This document shows, piece after piece, positions 23,617 to 32,000 of a DNA stretch of 32,000 nucleotides. The position numbers and the translations under genes are program-made. Origin of the DNA: Candidatus Iainarchaeum sp. (lineage in GTDB: Archaea > Iainarchaeota > Iainarchaeia > Iainarchaeales > CSSED10-239); contig PWLL01000077.1 of the NCBI GenBank assembly GCA_003559395.1, forward strand, positions 12,225 through 44,224, read 5' to 3'. The stretch's first letter is position 1. The number at the start of each line of letters is the position of its first letter. The notes beneath the pieces are model-generated. The model did no database searches, was not told the DNA's origin, and saw only the letters and a program-made list of their open reading frames with translations.

Positions 23617-25011
23617 ATGGCTAAAAGAACACAAAAAATAGGAATGTTTGATGAAAGACAAAAAACATCTCCACAACAAGCATTACAAAGAAAATTTGTT
23701 GATGAAGATATTCAAGGGGCTCAAGCATTAAGACCAACTCAAAGAAAAGGAGTTACACAAACACCACAACCAGTTTTTAATGAAATCGGCAATCAATCAG
23801 AAGATTTTGATTACATGATAAGAACTTCTCAACAAATACCTATCAGAAGTATGATAGATAGTTCTTCTAAAACAGGAGTGTTATCACAAAGAGACGTTAG
23901 AGGTGCAATAGGAAATTTCTTAGATAAATTAGGTCAAGCGACAAGTGTTAGCCAAGTGAAAGTAAAAGATGATGAAAAAGCAGGGATAAAAGGTTTAGAA
24001 ATATCTAAAGAATATCAAAAAGCAGATTATAAATTCAACCCAGCAATGCTTGCATTCACAACAAAAGGATGGGATACAGAAATACCAGAACATTACATAA
24101 AAGTTTCTGATACTCAATATAGGGCACCAACAGAGCAATTTAGACGTAGCCACGACAGAAGAGTTGATTATACAAAATCAAGAGGAGATAGAGTTACAAG
24201 AGACAGCTCTCAAATGTCAAGTTTTTCACCATCAGAAATATTTCTAACAGACACAGGAAAATTATCCAAAGTAATAAAACGAGATGTTTACACACCATAT
24301 TTGAGAGAAGTTGATTCAAGAGATAGAAGTTATACCACCAGAGAACGAAAAAGTGTTTATGACACAAAAATACAAGAATTTTTTGGTTCAACAGGATTAT
24401 TAAAACAAGAAAGAGATTGGGACACTTATATAACAAGAGCAACAGATTCTTTTAGTTATGGTAATGATGATTGGAGTTCTTATAGACGAATATCAAGAGA
24501 CATTTATTTAAAACAAGATGCAAAATATGCTCCAACAGGCAGAATACAAAGTGTAGACCAATATGCACCAATGTTAAGTTATAGAAATTATAAGTTTCAA
24601 AGAGGTGTTGGTTCAACAGAACATATAAGAGAAACACCTTACTTACAAAAAGCAACAAGATTTGATGAAATGGGACAATTAGAAGGACAAAAAAGATGGT
24701 CGCCTATAAAAACAGGAAGTAGACAATTTAGGGGAATGACAGTAGAACAACCAGAAACTTTTATGTCACCACAAGAAAGAAGAGAAATAGAACGAAGAAG
24801 AGAACTAATGGATGATAAAAGAGAAGAAATAATGTTTGAAGAACCAAGAGAAGTATATACTAGAATGTCACAAGATAGATTTACAGACGTAGAAGCAGGA
24901 GAAACTATTTTTGTTTCAGGACAAAAAGTGGCAGAATTTGATTACATTAAAGGAAAAATAGATTACTTTGATGTATTAACAGGAGATAAATTAGATACAA
25001 TTTTTTGGTGA
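23617..25011 (+). CDS. Hypothetical highly charged R/D/S/Y-rich protein (virion or nucleic-acid-associated?)
   Basis: AAGAGGT upstream of the ATG. 464-aa ORF with no recognised catalytic motif. Confidence 0.6.
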   Translation: MAKRTQKIGMFDERQKTSPQQALQRKFVDEDIQGAQALRPTQRKGVTQTPQPVFNEIGNQSEDFDYMIRTSQQIPIRSMIDSSSKTGVLSQRDVRGAIGNFLDKLGQATSVSQVKVKDDEKAGIKGLEISKEYQKADYKFNPAMLAFTTKGWDTEIPEHYIKVSDTQYRAPTEQFRRSHDRRVDYTKSRGDRVTRDSSQMSSFSPSEIFLTDTGKLSKVIKRDVYTPYLREVDSRDRSYTTRERKSVYDTKIQEFFGSTGLLKQERDWDTYITRATDSFSYGNDDWSSYRRISRDIYLKQDAKYAPTGRIQSVDQYAPMLSYRNYKFQRGVGSTEHIRETPYLQKATRFDEMGQLEGQKRWSPIKTGSRQFRGMTVEQPETFMSPQERREIERRRELMDDKREEIMFEEPREVYTRMSQDRFTDVEAGETIFVSGQKVAEFDYIKGKIDYFDVLTGDKLDTIFW

Positions 25012-25018
25012 ATGAAAA

Positions 25019-28000
25019 ATGGCAATACCCGGAACAGTTTATAGAGGACAAACCACCCAATATCAAACAAGATATACATCAGACGGTAGTCCGTATTCTG
25101 TAACAACCGACGAACCACCAGTTTTTAGAGGACAACAAACACAACAACAAACACGTCGAACTGACGATGGAAGCCCTTACACTTTAATAAATCCACCAAA
25201 TTTCCTTGAATCACAACAATATAGAGACGCAGTTCAAAGAGCACAACAAGTACAACAACAAAAACAATCATTTCTTGAATCACAGCAATATAGGGATGCA
25301 GTTCAAAGAGCACAACAACAAAAACAAGATTTTAGAGATAGTGAAGCATTTAGAAAATCTTTACAAATAGTGGAAGAACAACAACAAACAACACTAAGAC
25401 CTGATTTTTCTGAACAATCATTTTTTATATCACAACAACCACAACAAACACAACAACGAAGTGCAGAAAGAATTAGATTGTATTCTGAACCATTACGAGA
25501 CCAATATATTCAAAAACACGAAACATTGCAAAAGAAATTACAACCAATAGACGAACAACAACAAAAAATATTTGAAAGATATACAGAAAAAGATGTTGAT
25601 GAACAAGGCAGAATAATTCTCTCACAAGAAGATTATAAAGCTTATCAAGAATTAGAACAAACACGTCAAAGAACATATGATGAATTGGGTTACGATTATA
25701 ATATATTACAACAAGAAACAAGAGATTTATCAGAAAAACTGTTTAGAACAATTCAACCAATATATGACGAACAAGGAAAAATAACATCTTACAAAGATAA
25801 AGTTACAGATATGGTAAATGTTGCACCATCAGGACAAATATATGATTTTCTATCGTTACAACAAGCAGACATACAAAGACAAGATGAAATAAAATATAAA
25901 GAATTAGGTTATGATTTTGAAACAATTGTTCCATTATTTGACGAAAGAGGAATGTTAACAGGTTATAAAGATAAAATAAAAGGTGAAACTCAAAGAAGTC
26001 CTTCAGGAGAATCGTATGATTTAGTTGCATTACAAGAATTTGACCAAAGTAGAATAAGAGGAGAAGGATTAGGATATGATAGAACAAGATTTGTTTCGCC
26101 ATTAACTAAATATCCTACTGAATTTATAGATTCTGGGGTTGATATTTTTGGAAAAATGTCTACAAGAGGAGTCGCAGAAGTAGCTGGAACAGTTCAACCA
26201 TTATTTGCAACACAAGAACCAAAAACAGCTGAAGAAATAAGAGATAGTCGTAAAGGTTCCATATTAAATTGGGATATGTTCAATGTACCAAAAATGTTAG
26301 ATAGAATGAATCCTAGACAAGCTGCTGAAAGAACAATTGATGACCCAACATGGTTAGGTTTGGTTCAACTAAGACCATCGTCAGAACAAGTTGCAGAAAT
26401 GCAACAAGGAATGAAAAGATTATCGGAAATGGATAGAGACCAAAGAGTTAGTTACTATTACCATCAACACGAAAAACCACTTACAACTACAATTAATGTA
26501 GGCACATATTTTACACCAGTAGTAGGAGATGTTAGAAGAAGATTGTTGTTAGCAAATGTAGCACAAACAGGTTTGGCAGCAGTATTTGACCCAAGAGCAA
26601 GACAAATGGTAAAAGAAAATCCTATTCAATTTGGTGCAGATGTTGTGATTGCAGGTTTAATTGCAACAAGTTATATACCAGAAGTAAAACATTTGGCAAA
26701 ATTTGGAACAAAATCTTCAAAAGTAAAAACTTTAGATAAAGAAATTGTAAGTATGCAGAACCCAAAAACACATACAAAAATGGTCGAATATAAAGATACT
26801 GCTACACTTAAAGATACTCTTGTTACAAAAAAAGAACTTGCAACATCACAAAAAATGATGATAGAAGAAAGTGGTGGTCAAGTTTCGTATGTTGTAAAAG
26901 ATGCAAGTATAGGGGACAAAGTTGTTGGTAAAAGTGTTCAAGAACAAATTATTAGAACTAGTGGAGATGTAAGAGTTGGTTTAGGAGAAACTGCCAAAAC
27001 TACATTTATTGATACATTAAACACAAAAACAGGTAAACTAATAAGAGAAATATCATTAAAATCAGACCCATCAGTAAAAAAAGTTATAGAAATGATTCCG
27101 GGCAAAACCGTTGATGGTGTTCGAGATTATACTATTAATGCCAAAACAATGATAAATAATAAATTAAAAGACACATTTACAACTACTACAAAAGTAGATG
27201 TAGGAGGGGTTGAGACTTCAATAGGTCAGCCAATTAAATCATATGAATTAAATTATTTTAAAGATGAACAAACAAAATCAATTTCAGAACAACTTCAGAC
27301 GCAATTATTATTTGAACGGTTAGACAACGTTCAAACAAATATAGGAAAAATGACAAAAACTATGCAAGAAACAAAGATAACACAACCACAAACAGATTTT
27401 ATATTTAAAACAACAGACGGAAAGTTGGATTGGGATATAATAAGATATCCTACCAAATTAGGTTTTGGGAAATCAACACCATCATTAGATGAATTTCATT
27501 ATAGTATTTTATATTATATGCCAACAAAAATAACAACCGTTCCTAGAACAGCGACAACAATTACACAAGAAGTAAGAACACCGTTTGAAATTTGGGTTGG
27601 ACCAAAAACAACACAAGGACCAATATATGCAAATATACCATTTGAAACAAAACAGAGTGGGGTAGATTTTGTTATTAGAACACAACCTCAATTGGTTGAT
27701 ACTTCGCCAATAAGTAAAATTATACCAGAAACAATTATTAAAACACCAACATCACAAATATTACCACCCGATATTTCACAATCATTAAAAAGTGCAACTA
27801 TGTCAACTAAAGCATTTATGCAAGTGCCAACACAACCAATAAATTTTTTAGATACATTTGCTATAATGGGTTCACCTTTTATTGGCGTTTCACCAGAATT
27901 TTTTGGTGACACAAGACAATTTACACAAGTAGTTCAACCAACAGAAAGTCCAGCACAATCTGTTATAGATTCTGCAATAAGAGGTGGTGTAACAACACAA

Positions 28001-28441
28001 GCAATAGATGGTTCAGTACCTATTATTGCTTCAGTTGTCGAACCAACTCCTTATGTTGATAGAAGTGGTTATGGTGATTCAACAACACAAACTATAACAT
28101 CAGACCCAACACCACCACCAACACCACCGCCAACACCACCTTTACCAGGAATACCGTTGACACCAGGAATTGGTTTACCCCCAATGTTTTTTGGTGGAGC
28201 AAATTTTCCTTCAAGACAAAGAGGATTTTCACAATCACAACAATTTAGAGGTTGGACAGTAGAAAACCCTATTAAGGACCTTGCAAAAAAATTTTTTGAT
28301 AGACAACAACAACCATCACAAGCACAACAATCAGTTAATAAAATGTTTGGAAAAAATGTTGCAAGTGGTCAACAATTCAAAAAACAAATGGGGCAACCAC
28401 TACAAAATAAAGTTAATGTTAATTTTAAAGCACTTAATTAA
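25019..28441 (+). CDS. Large repetitive structural-type protein (1140 aa)
   Basis: N-terminal DGSPY modules (x2). FLESQQYRDAVQRAQQ (x2). Repeated (Y/F)DE(Q/R)G..T.YKDK...PSG..YD...LQ..D unit. Central hydrophobic segment. TPPPTPPPTPPLPGIP linker. Confidence 0.65.
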   Translation: MAIPGTVYRGQTTQYQTRYTSDGSPYSVTTDEPPVFRGQQTQQQTRRTDDGSPYTLINPPNFLESQQYRDAVQRAQQVQQQKQSFLESQQYRDAVQRAQQQKQDFRDSEAFRKSLQIVEEQQQTTLRPDFSEQSFFISQQPQQTQQRSAERIRLYSEPLRDQYIQKHETLQKKLQPIDEQQQKIFERYTEKDVDEQGRIILSQEDYKAYQELEQTRQRTYDELGYDYNILQQETRDLSEKLFRTIQPIYDEQGKITSYKDKVTDMVNVAPSGQIYDFLSLQQADIQRQDEIKYKELGYDFETIVPLFDERGMLTGYKDKIKGETQRSPSGESYDLVALQEFDQSRIRGEGLGYDRTRFVSPLTKYPTEFIDSGVDIFGKMSTRGVAEVAGTVQPLFATQEPKTAEEIRDSRKGSILNWDMFNVPKMLDRMNPRQAAERTIDDPTWLGLVQLRPSSEQVAEMQQGMKRLSEMDRDQRVSYYYHQHEKPLTTTINVGTYFTPVVGDVRRRLLLANVAQTGLAAVFDPRARQMVKENPIQFGADVVIAGLIATSYIPEVKHLAKFGTKSSKVKTLDKEIVSMQNPKTHTKMVEYKDTATLKDTLVTKKELATSQKMMIEESGGQVSYVVKDASIGDKVVGKSVQEQIIRTSGDVRVGLGETAKTTFIDTLNTKTGKLIREISLKSDPSVKKVIEMIPGKTVDGVRDYTINAKTMINNKLKDTFTTTTKVDVGGVETSIGQPIKSYELNYFKDEQTKSISEQLQTQLLFERLDNVQTNIGKMTKTMQETKITQPQTDFIFKTTDGKLDWDIIRYPTKLGFGKSTPSLDEFHYSILYYMPTKITTVPRTATTITQEVRTPFEIWVGPKTTQGPIYANIPFETKQSGVDFVIRTQPQLVDTSPISKIIPETIIKTPTSQILPPDISQSLKSATMSTKAFMQVPTQPINFLDTFAIMGSPFIGVSPEFFGDTRQFTQVVQPTESPAQSVIDSAIRGGVTTQAIDGSVPIIASVVEPTPYVDRSGYGDSTTQTITSDPTPPPTPPPTPPLPGIPLTPGIGLPPMFFGGANFPSRQRGFSQSQQFRGWTVENPIKDLAKKFFDRQQQPSQAQQSVNKMFGKNVASGQQFKKQMGQPLQNKVNVNFKALN

Positions 28442-28459
28442 AAAAGATATATATATAAA
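28441..28459 (+). promoter_or_regulatory. Late-type promoter motif
   Basis: aaaaagatatatatataaa. An ATG (28483) follows after 23 nt and opens a 6-codon mini-ORF. Confidence 0.55.
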
Positions 28460-28533
28460 CTACTTAATAAACATTTACTAAAATGAAAAAAATCATAAAA
28501 TAAAATAAAGCTTATTCAACAGGATTCACTTGG

Positions 28534-28806
28534 GTGTTTGGACTAGTAATGCTTTTTGGTTTAGGAATACTATACATAACATTTAACCAAGTATTTACAG
28601 CACACCTTGTGCCAACAGTTAAAAGTTTAACAGATAACACAACTCAAATGGGTGCAAACATACCACAAGAAACAAGTGAAGAAATACACGCCAACATAGA
28701 CAAATATATGGACTTTTTTCACTTAATGCCAATAATTATATTTTTTATGGTAGTAATATACATGTTAATAGCAGCGTTTAGAAAAGAACGTGAAGGAGTG
28801 TACTAA
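28534..28806 (+). CDS. Small protein with two hydrophobic helices (candidate membrane or capsid protein)
   Basis: GLVMLFGLGILYITFNQVF and MPIIIFFMVVIYMLIAAF. Start is GTG 28534 or ATG 28549. Has its own strong promoter motif. Confidence 0.55.
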   Translation: MFGLVMLFGLGILYITFNQVFTAHLVPTVKSLTDNTTQMGANIPQETSEEIHANIDKYMDFFHLMPIIIFFMVVIYMLIAAFRKEREGVY

Positions 28807-28810
28807 AAAA

Positions 28811-30700
28811 ATGTTTAATCCAAAAATGTCAAAAGTATTTAATGAAAACGTAATGGGTGGAAACCCAGACTTAATGAACGAAGAATTATACGAAGATTCC
28901 AACGAAGAAATGTATAAACAAGATTCCTTAATGAGAATACTCCAACCGATTAATTTTGAAGAAAAAATAATGGGCGGACAAAACATAGGAGAATTTGTGG
29001 GCACAAGAATGACACCAATGGACGGCAGTATGGATTATGCTAAAAGAGTTAATATGTTAACAAAAACAGGTTCAACACAAAATAAAGGTTTTACACAAAA
29101 TTTTGACAATTTTTTCAAAATAGGCAAAGACACTAAAACAACTGACACTTCAATAAAAAAAGTTCAAAACATGTTAAACAATCAAAAAAGTGAAAAGGTG
29201 AAACAAATGTTCGATATAAAATTACACAACAAACAAATGTTTGGAGGAAAAGAAATTAATCCTTTTAAAAACACACAAGGATTTGATAAAAAACTAAACG
29301 AAGTTTTTGGAACAAATAAAACAACAGAGCAATTATTTAAAAACAAAGAATCCACTAATCCTTTTAAACACTCACAAGATTTCAACAAACAAATAAGTGA
29401 CATAATAGGAACTAACACAATAGGACAAGAATTAATAGGCAAACAACAATTAGATAACACGTTTTTTGGATTACACCAAAACAATGCAACAAAAGATATT
29501 AACAAAATGTTTGGAATATTTGGAAATCCAGAAAAAGACGCTTTTAATAGAATAAACCAACAAAAAAATTTATCAATGTTTGGAGACCACGATGGAGATG
29601 GAATACCAAACATTTTAGACGGAGACCCTTTTGGTTTAAAAAATTTTCAACAAAAAACTTTGCCAAAAATGGACAATTTTAGTAAAAATTTTGAAACCAA
29701 TGATACTTTTTCTCAATATGTCGAAGGGAGTGATTCTGAAATAGAGATTGAAACCACAAATCCAGGAAATAGAATAACATATTTATTAGAAATGATGGAT
29801 AGAATAGAAAATGATGATTCAATGGATTTTAAAGAAAAAGAAAGAAGAATTAATCAAATAAACAGACAAATAAGAAAACTTCAAGAGTTTGATTTGGCAC
29901 AACGAAAATATGTAGATTCAAGAGCAGATAAAGAAAGAGAAGTACAAAAAAGAGAAGAACAAAAAATATCTGATTATAATAAAAAAATTGCAGAATTAAG
30001 TTTTGGTGAAAGCAAATTAGATAAAGAATTAAGTTTTGCAGAAAAAAAACGTGTAGATGAATTAGCGTTAGAAAAAGAAAAATTCAAAGCACAACAAAGA
30101 AAAGATGAAACAGGTTTAATAGATTCACGACTAAAACAAATGGAAAAAGGAATAGAAGGAACCACAAGAATGGCGGGGGCATTAATAGATGGTGGACAAC
30201 AAAAAACAGATTTTAGTAATGTAATAGGCGATACAAGACAACAATTTATGCCAGATAATTTAACAGGAGCACCAAGAGCATCAATGGAATCACTACATAT
30301 GATGTCACAATTATCACAACAACAAAACAACCCAATGGATAAAATACAATTTTTCACAGGATTAGGAACGCCTCAAAGTTCAGGTTTTGCACAAAAAGTT
30401 AAAGAAACAGTTAGTAAGGACTCACCAGAAGAAATAATGGAACAACAAAGACAAGAAAGATTACAACAAGAGCAATTACAACAAATGCAACAATTACAAC
30501 AAATGCAAAGACCACAACCAGTTTATCAAGAATATCCACAACAACCACAATATGCACGACCACAACAAGTTCCAAGTTACGATATAGACTGGGACAATAT
30601 AACACCAGAAGAAGCGGAAAGATACGACCCGGAATACGCAAGATACTTAGCAGAATCAAAAACTAGTTACAGAAGAGGACCTTACAAGACCAATAGGTAA
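28811..30700 (+). CDS. Large repetitive protein with a Ca-binding-like DxDxDG motif, coiled coil and Q-rich tail
   Basis: GAAGGAG 11 nt upstream of ATG 28811 (the track start GTG 28790 overlaps the previous ORF). Tandem NPFK(N/H)(T/S)Q.F(D/N)K...(F/I)GTN units. DHDGDGIPNILDGDPFG. QQEQLQQMQQLQQMQ. Confidence 0.65.
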   Translation: MFNPKMSKVFNENVMGGNPDLMNEELYEDSNEEMYKQDSLMRILQPINFEEKIMGGQNIGEFVGTRMTPMDGSMDYAKRVNMLTKTGSTQNKGFTQNFDNFFKIGKDTKTTDTSIKKVQNMLNNQKSEKVKQMFDIKLHNKQMFGGKEINPFKNTQGFDKKLNEVFGTNKTTEQLFKNKESTNPFKHSQDFNKQISDIIGTNTIGQELIGKQQLDNTFFGLHQNNATKDINKMFGIFGNPEKDAFNRINQQKNLSMFGDHDGDGIPNILDGDPFGLKNFQQKTLPKMDNFSKNFETNDTFSQYVEGSDSEIEIETTNPGNRITYLLEMMDRIENDDSMDFKEKERRINQINRQIRKLQEFDLAQRKYVDSRADKEREVQKREEQKISDYNKKIAELSFGESKLDKELSFAEKKRVDELALEKEKFKAQQRKDETGLIDSRLKQMEKGIEGTTRMAGALIDGGQQKTDFSNVIGDTRQQFMPDNLTGAPRASMESLHMMSQLSQQQNNPMDKIQFFTGLGTPQSSGFAQKVKETVSKDSPEEIMEQQRQERLQQEQLQQMQQLQQMQRPQPVYQEYPQQPQYARPQQVPSYDIDWDNITPEEAERYDPEYARYLAESKTSYRRGPYKTNR

Positions 30701-30722
30701 AAAATAAAAATATATATATAAA
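30701..30722 (+). promoter_or_regulatory. Late-type promoter motif
   Basis: aaaataaaaatatatatataaa. ATG 30746 follows after 23 nt (leaderless spacing). Confidence 0.6.
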
Positions 30723-30745
30723 TAAGTTCTTAAACAACATATAAT

Positions 30746-32000
30746 ATGCAAAAAAAACACTTATTAATGATTTCTGTAGTATTAATACTAAGCTTAATAA
30801 TGATAAGTGGTGCTTTTGCAACATACCCAGAATGGTCGCCAAACGTAGCATACTTGCAAAATGACATAGTAATATTTCAAGGGCAACATTATAAGGTTTT
30901 ACAAGCACATACAAGTCAAGCACATTGGCCTCCAAATGTTGTGTCAGCATTATATCAACCATATGAACCACAAGGTTGTGCGGAATACCAATTTTGCCCA
31001 GGAACGTGGGTGTCTCAAGGTTCAATAATAATTTATAACGACATTTATTATATAACAATACAATCACACACAATGCAACAAGATTGGTTGCCTCATATTG
31101 TTCCTGCACTTTTTCAAAAAGTAATGGAATATGATAACGGCAAACCAGTGATAACAATTGATGATGTGGAATTTAGATATGGACATTTATTTAATATAAG
31201 TATAGAAGCAATACTTGAAGGAATGAATGTTACTAGAAAATCACCAAGTTATATTAATATAATAGTTAATAGTGTGGAATACCCAGAATTAAATCAGTCA
31301 AATGTTGTAACAGTTAATAATATTACTCAAACTTTAACAGAATTAAAATTATATAAAGTAACTTATGAAGACGTAGAAGTTGCAGTACCAATAATAGAAG
31401 AAGTTTGGAACGAAACAAATCAATCATGGCAAAATCAAACAGTTAATTATACATATGAATGGGTTGTTCAAAGAGTAAGAACAGAAGTTAACACAACAAT
31501 CAATTACAATTCTATAACAAAACAAGCAAGTTTTGAATTACAAGGTTTTAGTGAATACGATTTGACTGATGATTTGGTTAGATTCGCGGCAGTAGGTGAT
31601 GATGGTGCTGTTCGATGGTCTGAAGATGGTAAAAGCTGGACGACATCAGGAACAGCAGGAAGTACAACATTAAGGGGTGTTGCTTGGTCTCCTGAATTAG
31701 AATTATTCGTAGCAGTAGGTCTTAATGGTGCTGTTCGATGGTCAGAAGATGGAAAAAATTGGACGACATCAGGAACAGCAGGAAGTACAACATTAATGGG
31801 TGTTGCTTGGTCTCCTGAATTAGAATTATTCGCAGCTGTTGGCCATGATGGTGCTGTTCGTTGGAGTGATGATGGAAAAAGCTGGACGACATCAGGAACA
31901 GCAGGAAGTACAAGATTAGGGGGTGTTGCTTGGTCTCCTGAATTAGAATTATTCGCAGCAGTAGGTAATGATGGTGCTGTTCGATGGTCAGAAGATGGAA
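30746..32000 (+). CDS. Secreted adhesin-like protein: two CBM5/12-like domains, sequon-rich middle, Asp-box-like 41-aa propeller repeats; 3' end off the window
   Basis: Absent from the track (no stop reached). Manual translation: MQKKHLLMISVVLILSLIMISGAFA (signal peptide). YPEWSPNVAYLQNDIVIFQGQHYKVLQAHTSQAHWPPN and GTWVSQGSIIIYNDIYYITIQSHTMQQDWLP (CBM5/12-like). NVT, NQS, NIT, NET, NQS, NQT, NYT, NTT sequons. Repeats AAVG.DGAVRWSEDGKSWTTSGTAGSTTL.GVAWSPELELF. Confidence 0.75.
   Translation, partial: MQKKHLLMISVVLILSLIMISGAFATYPEWSPNVAYLQNDIVIFQGQHYKVLQAHTSQAHWPPNVVSALYQPYEPQGCAEYQFCPGTWVSQGSIIIYNDIYYITIQSHTMQQDWLPHIVPALFQKVMEYDNGKPVITIDDVEFRYGHLFNISIEAILEGMNVTRKSPSYINIIVNSVEYPELNQSNVVTVNNITQTLTELKLYKVTYEDVEVAVPIIEEVWNETNQSWQNQTVNYTYEWVVQRVRTEVNTTINYNSITKQASFELQGFSEYDLTDDLVRFAAVGDDGAVRWSEDGKSWTTSGTAGSTTLRGVAWSPELELFVAVGLNGAVRWSEDGKNWTTSGTAGSTTLMGVAWSPELELFAAVGHDGAVRWSDDGKSWTTSGTAGSTRLGGVAWSPELELFAAVGNDGAVRWSEDG
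31583..32000 (+). repeat. 123-nt (41-aa) near-identical tandem repeats, at least 3.4 copies to the window edge
   Basis: Unit starts (ttcgc/tagc..gt.gg) at 31583, 31706, 31829 and 31952. Only scattered substitutions between copies. Confidence 0.85.

Noticed and set aside
4796-30700. Recurrent short (N/K)xMF(G/D) motifs in N/K-rich stretches of four large proteins (4796, 14998, 25019 C-terminus, 28811) as a shared signal
   Set aside because: It could simply reflect AT-driven amino-acid composition (N, K, F, M, I). Without statistics I cannot separate it from chance. Only the NPFK...GTN tandem unit in 28811-30700 is clearly a true repeat.
43-31913. Numerous track ORFs antisense to or nested in long genes. 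Examples: 43-357, 149-376, 1464-1703, 2434-2643, 3734-4018, 3982-4218, 5181-5606, 10694-11041, 11908-12291, 16514-16909, 16692-17048, 20667-21200, 25803-26102, 29182-29613, 29974-30357, 30663-31157, 31722-31913
   Set aside because: Each overlaps a longer ORF that has recognisable motifs or coherent operon structure. Their sequences are low-complexity L/F/I/C-rich, typical of antisense frames in AT-rich DNA.

Overview
Strongly AT-rich (by eye, not computed), gene-dense window that reads as part of an archaeal virus or provirus. Support: GGAGG-type ribosome-binding sites, TTTAWATA / A-rich-plus-TATATATATAAA promoter boxes about 22-24 nt upstream of ATGs (leaderless spacing), an MCM-like helicase, an archaeo-eukaryotic PrimPol, RHH regulators and many tiny zinc-finger and membrane proteins. 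Two divergent gene blocks (minus strand 1-7354, plus strand 8476-32000) flank a ~1.1 kb non-coding region packed with GTGACA/TGTCAC iterons, probably an origin and/or operator. Minus block: GT4 and GT2 glycosyltransferases, an SF2 (XPB/ResIII-like) helicase, two tandem chimeric beta-class DNA methyltransferases, and a run of overlapping small zinc-finger and membrane ORFs. Plus block: RHH, MCM-like helicase and PrimPol; a lipoprotein; a 735-aa multidomain protein with a fourfold acidic motif and an HExxH domain, followed by a second HExxH protein; an RHH plus a P-loop ATPase interrupted by two mini-inteins; an intact IscB (OMEGA) nuclease with a candidate omega-RNA and covarying IS200/IS605-like end hairpins; then a late block of large repetitive proteins, a small 2-TM protein, and a CBM5/12 adhesin-like protein with 123-nt tandem repeats that runs off the window. 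I saw no rRNA, tRNA, CRISPR array, terminase, portal or HK97-type capsid gene. The most notable item is the IscB/omega-RNA element inside the viral genome, together with a solo left-end-like copy about 3.5 kb upstream. All motif calls and coordinates come from manual reading; no database search was possible.
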